A stretch of DNA of 64,000 nucleotides from Rhynchopus sp. YZ270_cl-10 (taxonomy: Eukaryota). A program made the translations under genes and the position numbers. Positions 59,721-64,000 of this stretch are shown piece by piece. The stretch covers positions 1,364,001-1,428,000 of the forward strand of contig OZ037843.1 in NCBI GenBank assembly GCA_964035575.1, written 5' to 3'. Positions within the stretch are counted from its first letter, which is position 1. Each line of letters opens with the position of its first letter. The notes beneath the pieces are model-generated. The model did no database searches. It saw only the letters and a list, made by a program, of their open reading frames with translations, and was not told where the DNA came from.

Positions 59721-62351
59721 ATGGTGTCATGCGGGATCCAGTCGCTGACAATACTGCTGTGTGTGGTGCTGATTCTGTCGACAGGTGCGATCATCGGTGG
59801 CTTCACTCTGTCAACATGGGACGACCTTCTGGAGAAGGCACGTGACACAGGTGACGAGGGCTTCGGGATGTGTCTCGACAGTGGTACGGCGGACATCGAA
59901 ACGGTCTCGGCACGCTACCTGCGCTCCGTTCTTGGCAACGTGGACACGGCAGTGAAGGAGTACCTGAAGGTGCCTGAGCAGCTCGTGATATCGATTGCCA
60001 ACCTGGCGAGGGCACACCACCCAAACGTCACCACGAGCCCCGACTTTTCGAACACAATACTGCGTCCTGCACTGATGTCCTCTTACAAGGCTGGTGCAGG
60101 GAGTGGGCTTTCCTTCATGCAGCATGAGACGTACCCTTGGTCCCCTGCACATCCTGTTCCGTGGAAGAGGGGTGACGGGTTTGCAGGGTGGGGCTCGCGG
60201 TGCTCGGTCCAAGCGGCACGTCCTACGGCCGCTGTGCTGCCGACGAACGGGACGAAAGTCCCTCTGTTGTTCCAGATGGTCGACCCGGTCACGAAGGCGA
60301 CAGGGGTGAGTGACTGGGTGATCTACACCGAAGTGGATGACCTAGGTGCCGTTAAGTATCCCACACATCCGTGCAACCCGCTACCAGAATACGACAAGGG
60401 CGAGGTCCGCGGGTGGTGCAGCTATCCCATAGCGATGATCGAACCTCCGGGCTCCCAACCCTTGGTCCTACGTGGCCACCGACTCCACTTCCTTGGTGCC
60501 GACGAGCCACCCCTGAACCCTGTGGACATGCTTGTCTACACTCCCGCCCTGGTACGCTGGAGCGATATGGCGTGGGAGATCAGCTACACCTACACCCACC
60601 CAGATATGTACACGATGTACCCCAAGCAAGGCAAGCGTGTGGGTGTCGTCGGTGCCGCTGTGAGTGCAGCCGGGGTGACCGACGTGGTGCGCGCACAGCT
60701 GCTCCCGAAGGACACGTCGCTGTACGTGGTGGAGGACGACCGTGCATCTGGTTCAGTGGGGACAGTTGTTGCGTACAACAGAGGACGGGAGCTGCGGATG
60801 GTGCGAGAAATGAGCTTGGTGGGCGTCATGTCAGACCTTGCATACAGCTTCAACATAACGAACCACTCAATGGAAGACGCGACGTCGCACATCCCCTCAG
60901 TGATTGCAGAGCACGGGCGGTTTGTGTTCACACACCCACAGAACTACAGAGACCTTGTGGAGAAGACAGAGGACTCCTTCCTGAAGTGGTCTGACTCGAA
61001 CGGCACAGAGTTCTGGACAATCACGTCGACAATTGAACACAGAACGATCCTGTGGTATGCGAACCTTCTTGTGCCTCGGGCGTCTGTGATGGATACGATT
61101 GATGCGTCGACGAATGCAATCCGTGCGAAGGTGGCATCAGATCTGTCCTCTGCAGACGCACAGAAGGAGGATGCGGTGACTGTGATGGTGATTGTGACGG
61201 CTGTTGCGGTCATCGGACTTCTTGCCATTGCTGTTGTGTTCACACGCTACATCACGTCACCTCTGCTGAAGCTTGGGAGAGAGATGGCAAGTGTGGCTGT
61301 GATGGACCTGGAGGCTGTGGACACGGGCCGTGCAGTGTCGCAGCTGAGTGAAGTGGGGATGATGCAGCGCAGCTTTGTTACCATGGTGGCGAACCTGGTG
61401 GAGTACCGGAACTACATGCCGCAGAGTGTGCTTGTCAACGACAGTGACAAAGAGGAATCTGAGACAGAGTCCTCACGAGATATCAAGTCGCGGTCAGGAT
61501 TGTCTAATTCACGTGCCTTGTCTCGTCATTCACATACGTCACAGAGTTCAGTTACTACGTTGCAGGCACAGAAGGCACTGCTGCGTGTGGAAGGGATGAA
61601 GAAGAAGAAGGTGTCTCTGGCACACATGAACGTCGTGTCGTGGCACCCCTTCATCAAGAAGCACAAGGACGCAGAGGTGCTCTCCGCACACGCAGGTGTG
61701 ATTGAGAGGATCCTGACAGCAGTGCAGCACAACAAGGGTGTGTGCGACACGTTCTCTGGCGACAAGATGCTTGCCACCTTCAACGCCTTTGTTCCGAAGT
61801 CGTCACACAGTGTTTCCTGTGTGAAGGCTGCACACGAAGCAGCAACAGCACTTGGTGATGTGCACACGATCTCGTATGGGTGCACGACAGGCGAGGCACG
61901 TGTCGGGAACATGGGTTGCAACGGGATGAAGAAGGTGTCGATTCTTTCGCAGTCCATGTCGTGGGTGGTTGTTCTTGAGCGTTGGAACAAGAAGTTCAAC
62001 CTTCCTGGTGTCATTGATATTAACGTGTCACGTGAGGCGGAGGGACAGGTGGTGCTCCGTTGTGCAGGTGCTGTGCTGTACGAGAAGTTCAGTGACAAGG
62101 TGCAGACTGTATTTGCTGTGAAGGGTCTGTGCAGCAGCGAAAACGAGGAGTGGATGTACCAGCTGGAGTCTGCCTCAAACAACCCGCACGCACTGTGGAA
62201 CGAGGTCTTCGAGCACATCATCAAACAGGACTTTGAGAAGGCGTCTTCTCTGCTGGACAGCGTCGCTCAGGACCAACGCACACCTTACGAAGAGCTTGTG
62301 GTCTATGTGCGGGAGAAGGCTTATGCACCGTACGTTGTGGATCTGCACTGA
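59721..62351 (+). CDS. Receptor cyclase-like protein, paralog 8, 876 aa
   Basis: Same architecture; ATG at 59721; separated from paralog 7 by ~24.5 kb of transposon-rich DNA. Confidence 0.88.
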   Translation: MVSCGIQSLTILLCVVLILSTGAIIGGFTLSTWDDLLEKARDTGDEGFGMCLDSGTADIETVSARYLRSVLGNVDTAVKEYLKVPEQLVISIANLARAHHPNVTTSPDFSNTILRPALMSSYKAGAGSGLSFMQHETYPWSPAHPVPWKRGDGFAGWGSRCSVQAARPTAAVLPTNGTKVPLLFQMVDPVTKATGVSDWVIYTEVDDLGAVKYPTHPCNPLPEYDKGEVRGWCSYPIAMIEPPGSQPLVLRGHRLHFLGADEPPLNPVDMLVYTPALVRWSDMAWEISYTYTHPDMYTMYPKQGKRVGVVGAAVSAAGVTDVVRAQLLPKDTSLYVVEDDRASGSVGTVVAYNRGRELRMVREMSLVGVMSDLAYSFNITNHSMEDATSHIPSVIAEHGRFVFTHPQNYRDLVEKTEDSFLKWSDSNGTEFWTITSTIEHRTILWYANLLVPRASVMDTIDASTNAIRAKVASDLSSADAQKEDAVTVMVIVTAVAVIGLLAIAVVFTRYITSPLLKLGREMASVAVMDLEAVDTGRAVSQLSEVGMMQRSFVTMVANLVEYRNYMPQSVLVNDSDKEESETESSRDIKSRSGLSNSRALSRHSHTSQSSVTTLQAQKALLRVEGMKKKKVSLAHMNVVSWHPFIKKHKDAEVLSAHAGVIERILTAVQHNKGVCDTFSGDKMLATFNAFVPKSSHSVSCVKAAHEAATALGDVHTISYGCTTGEARVGNMGCNGMKKVSILSQSMSWVVVLERWNKKFNLPGVIDINVSREAEGQVVLRCAGAVLYEKFSDKVQTVFAVKGLCSSENEEWMYQLESASNNPHALWNEVFEHIIKQDFEKASSLLDSVAQDQRTPYEELVVYVREKAYAPYVVDLH

Positions 62352-63130
62352 GGCAATTTGTTTTTGTTCTTGATACTGTAATGTTGTATTTTTTTTTTGT
62401 GCGAAAATGTGTTTATGTTTGTGTGTATTTGTGATGCAGATATCACCGACATTTTCATTCAACCAATAGTATATTCTTTCTTTAGCTCTCACCTTACAGG
62501 GATGTACAGTCCGCGGCTTTACTGGGGTGGGGGCTGAATATGAGATACGATATCTCTTATTCACTTTGCGGACGGAAATTTCATTAAAAGTGCATTAGAA
62601 AGACATGTGGTATCTCTTGTTCCGCCCCCCCCCTCCAGTGACGCGAGCTGCAGTCTCAAGGTATCAAAGTCATACTCTTCCATACGGTTTTCGGGAGAGA
62701 GTGAAAAAAACCACCATTTTTTGTCAAAAATGAAAAAGGCACCCGCTATTTCATAGGCAGTTGTGGTACATTCACATTCGAACAACCACAGCCACTTGTT
62801 TTTTTCTTCTTCTTTCTTGTTTTTTTTGAGCGGTCTAAAGGGCACTTTTCCTGGTCAGAGAGCAGACCGCCGCTACCAGTTTATACTTTTACTTTGAAAA
62901 ACACAAAATGATTCCTGATAAGACCACTGAATTGATAAGCTGCATAGCCTATTCATGTTCCGATTGATAGGTTCCGCACGTTGCTTTGGTCTTGGATCCA
63001 AAACACAAAAGCAACAAAAAAGCGAATAGTGCATTTTTTGAGACCACCATAAAAAGAGCATGAAGCAAAAAAAAACAAGTAATTGCTATCGGAAAAAAAA
63101 CGGGGTGTGCTGTGGTTATGGGGGGTACCG

Positions 63131-63801
63131 CAGGGGTCCTAACGCTGTTCTCAAAAAAATTAAAAATGGTAACTTCAAGGTCACTTCTCGTTTTTTGGGG
63201 AGGGAAAAAAAAAACTTTCCCCCTCAGAGGAACAACAAAAGTGAGGTTGAAAAGGTGCAAATTCCTCGGACATACACTGGACGTTGGTTATCGCCGTATC
63301 ATAGGGACAGAGTACTAGATACGATTTTTTTTGTGAGGCAATTTCGCGGTGTCGCAGTCTGATGCCACTGTTATGCTTCTTACCACGAACAACACAACAC
63401 AGCCATAGGCAGATGTTTTGGCAGATGTTTAGTGGGTGTCAGCCTTCTTATCAGTAACCTCAGTACACTTATAAAAGAAACGGCGGTCATGTCACCCAAA
63501 GGTTCCTGGCGAAGCCACGGTACGCAACATTTCAAAAAATTGCGCTTAAAATTGTGGCAACCTGCAGCCCTGCAGACCCCTGATCTTGGCAAAAGAAAAA
63601 AATTCCCGGACCCTCCAACGTGCTCCCAGTGTATGTTAAGCATCCGAGGTCACTTCGCGACACCGGATTTCAAAAAATAAAAATAAAAAGGTCACTTTTT
63701 AGGGCACTTTTCGAAGGTCACTTCGAAGTGACCTTCGGATTTCAAAAAAATAAAAAAGGTCACTTCAGAAGTGGTAAAAGTTACCACTCTTAGGACCCCT
63801 G
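63131..63801. mobile_element. Non-autonomous hAT-like element, ~670 bp
   Basis: TIR CAGGGGTCCTAA / TTAGGACCCCTG; near-TSD GGGGTACC(G/C); subterminal AGGTCACTTC repeats. A homologous end occurs inverted at ~20824-20920. Confidence 0.65.
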
Positions 63802-64000
63802 GGGGTACCCACACTACTGAACACCGCCCTGTAGAAATAATCTATACTCTGCTCTTCTGCAGGTATGCGAAAACGCTGCCACAACCACTGGGACGCCTGC
63901 ACTTGAAACGTTCAAGAACGGGGGCTGTCATCCTCAGACCCGTCTTCGTACACACCATTTGCTCGATGGATGGTCGGCGTGTTCCAGCTCGTTGTAGTCC

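Noticed and set aside
787..62351. Diversity-generating retroelement or site-specific shufflon as the source of receptor variation
   Set aside because: No reverse transcriptase or recombinase in the window, no template/variable repeat pair with adenine-specific changes, and all copies are co-oriented.

Overview
Eukaryotic genomic DNA, probably from a protist. The euglenozoan/diplonemid-like guess is inferred from intronless same-strand tandem genes and a splice-acceptor-like signal just before each ATG. The window is a tandem array of 8 co-oriented paralogs (7 intact, 870-876 aa; 1 with an 815-bp frameshifting deletion) of a two-TM receptor: TM1 - dCache-like ectodomain - TM2 - HAMP - class III nucleotidyl-cyclase-like domain. 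Two properties stand out. The ectodomain is patchwise hypervariable while the rest is nearly identical even at DNA level, and every copy lacks most canonical cyclase catalytic residues (a pseudo-cyclase sensor repertoire). Intergenic DNA is dense in DNA-transposon material: an intact hAT transposase element (41362-44813); a second unusual hAT-like element (49962-56552; 6-bp TSD, Asp at the catalytic Glu position, GT-AG intron holding an array of 138-bp hairpins) nested in another TIR element; a transposase-less derivative of it; several MITEs; and two microsatellites whose seed motifs can be traced. No rRNA, tRNA or CRISPR was recognised.
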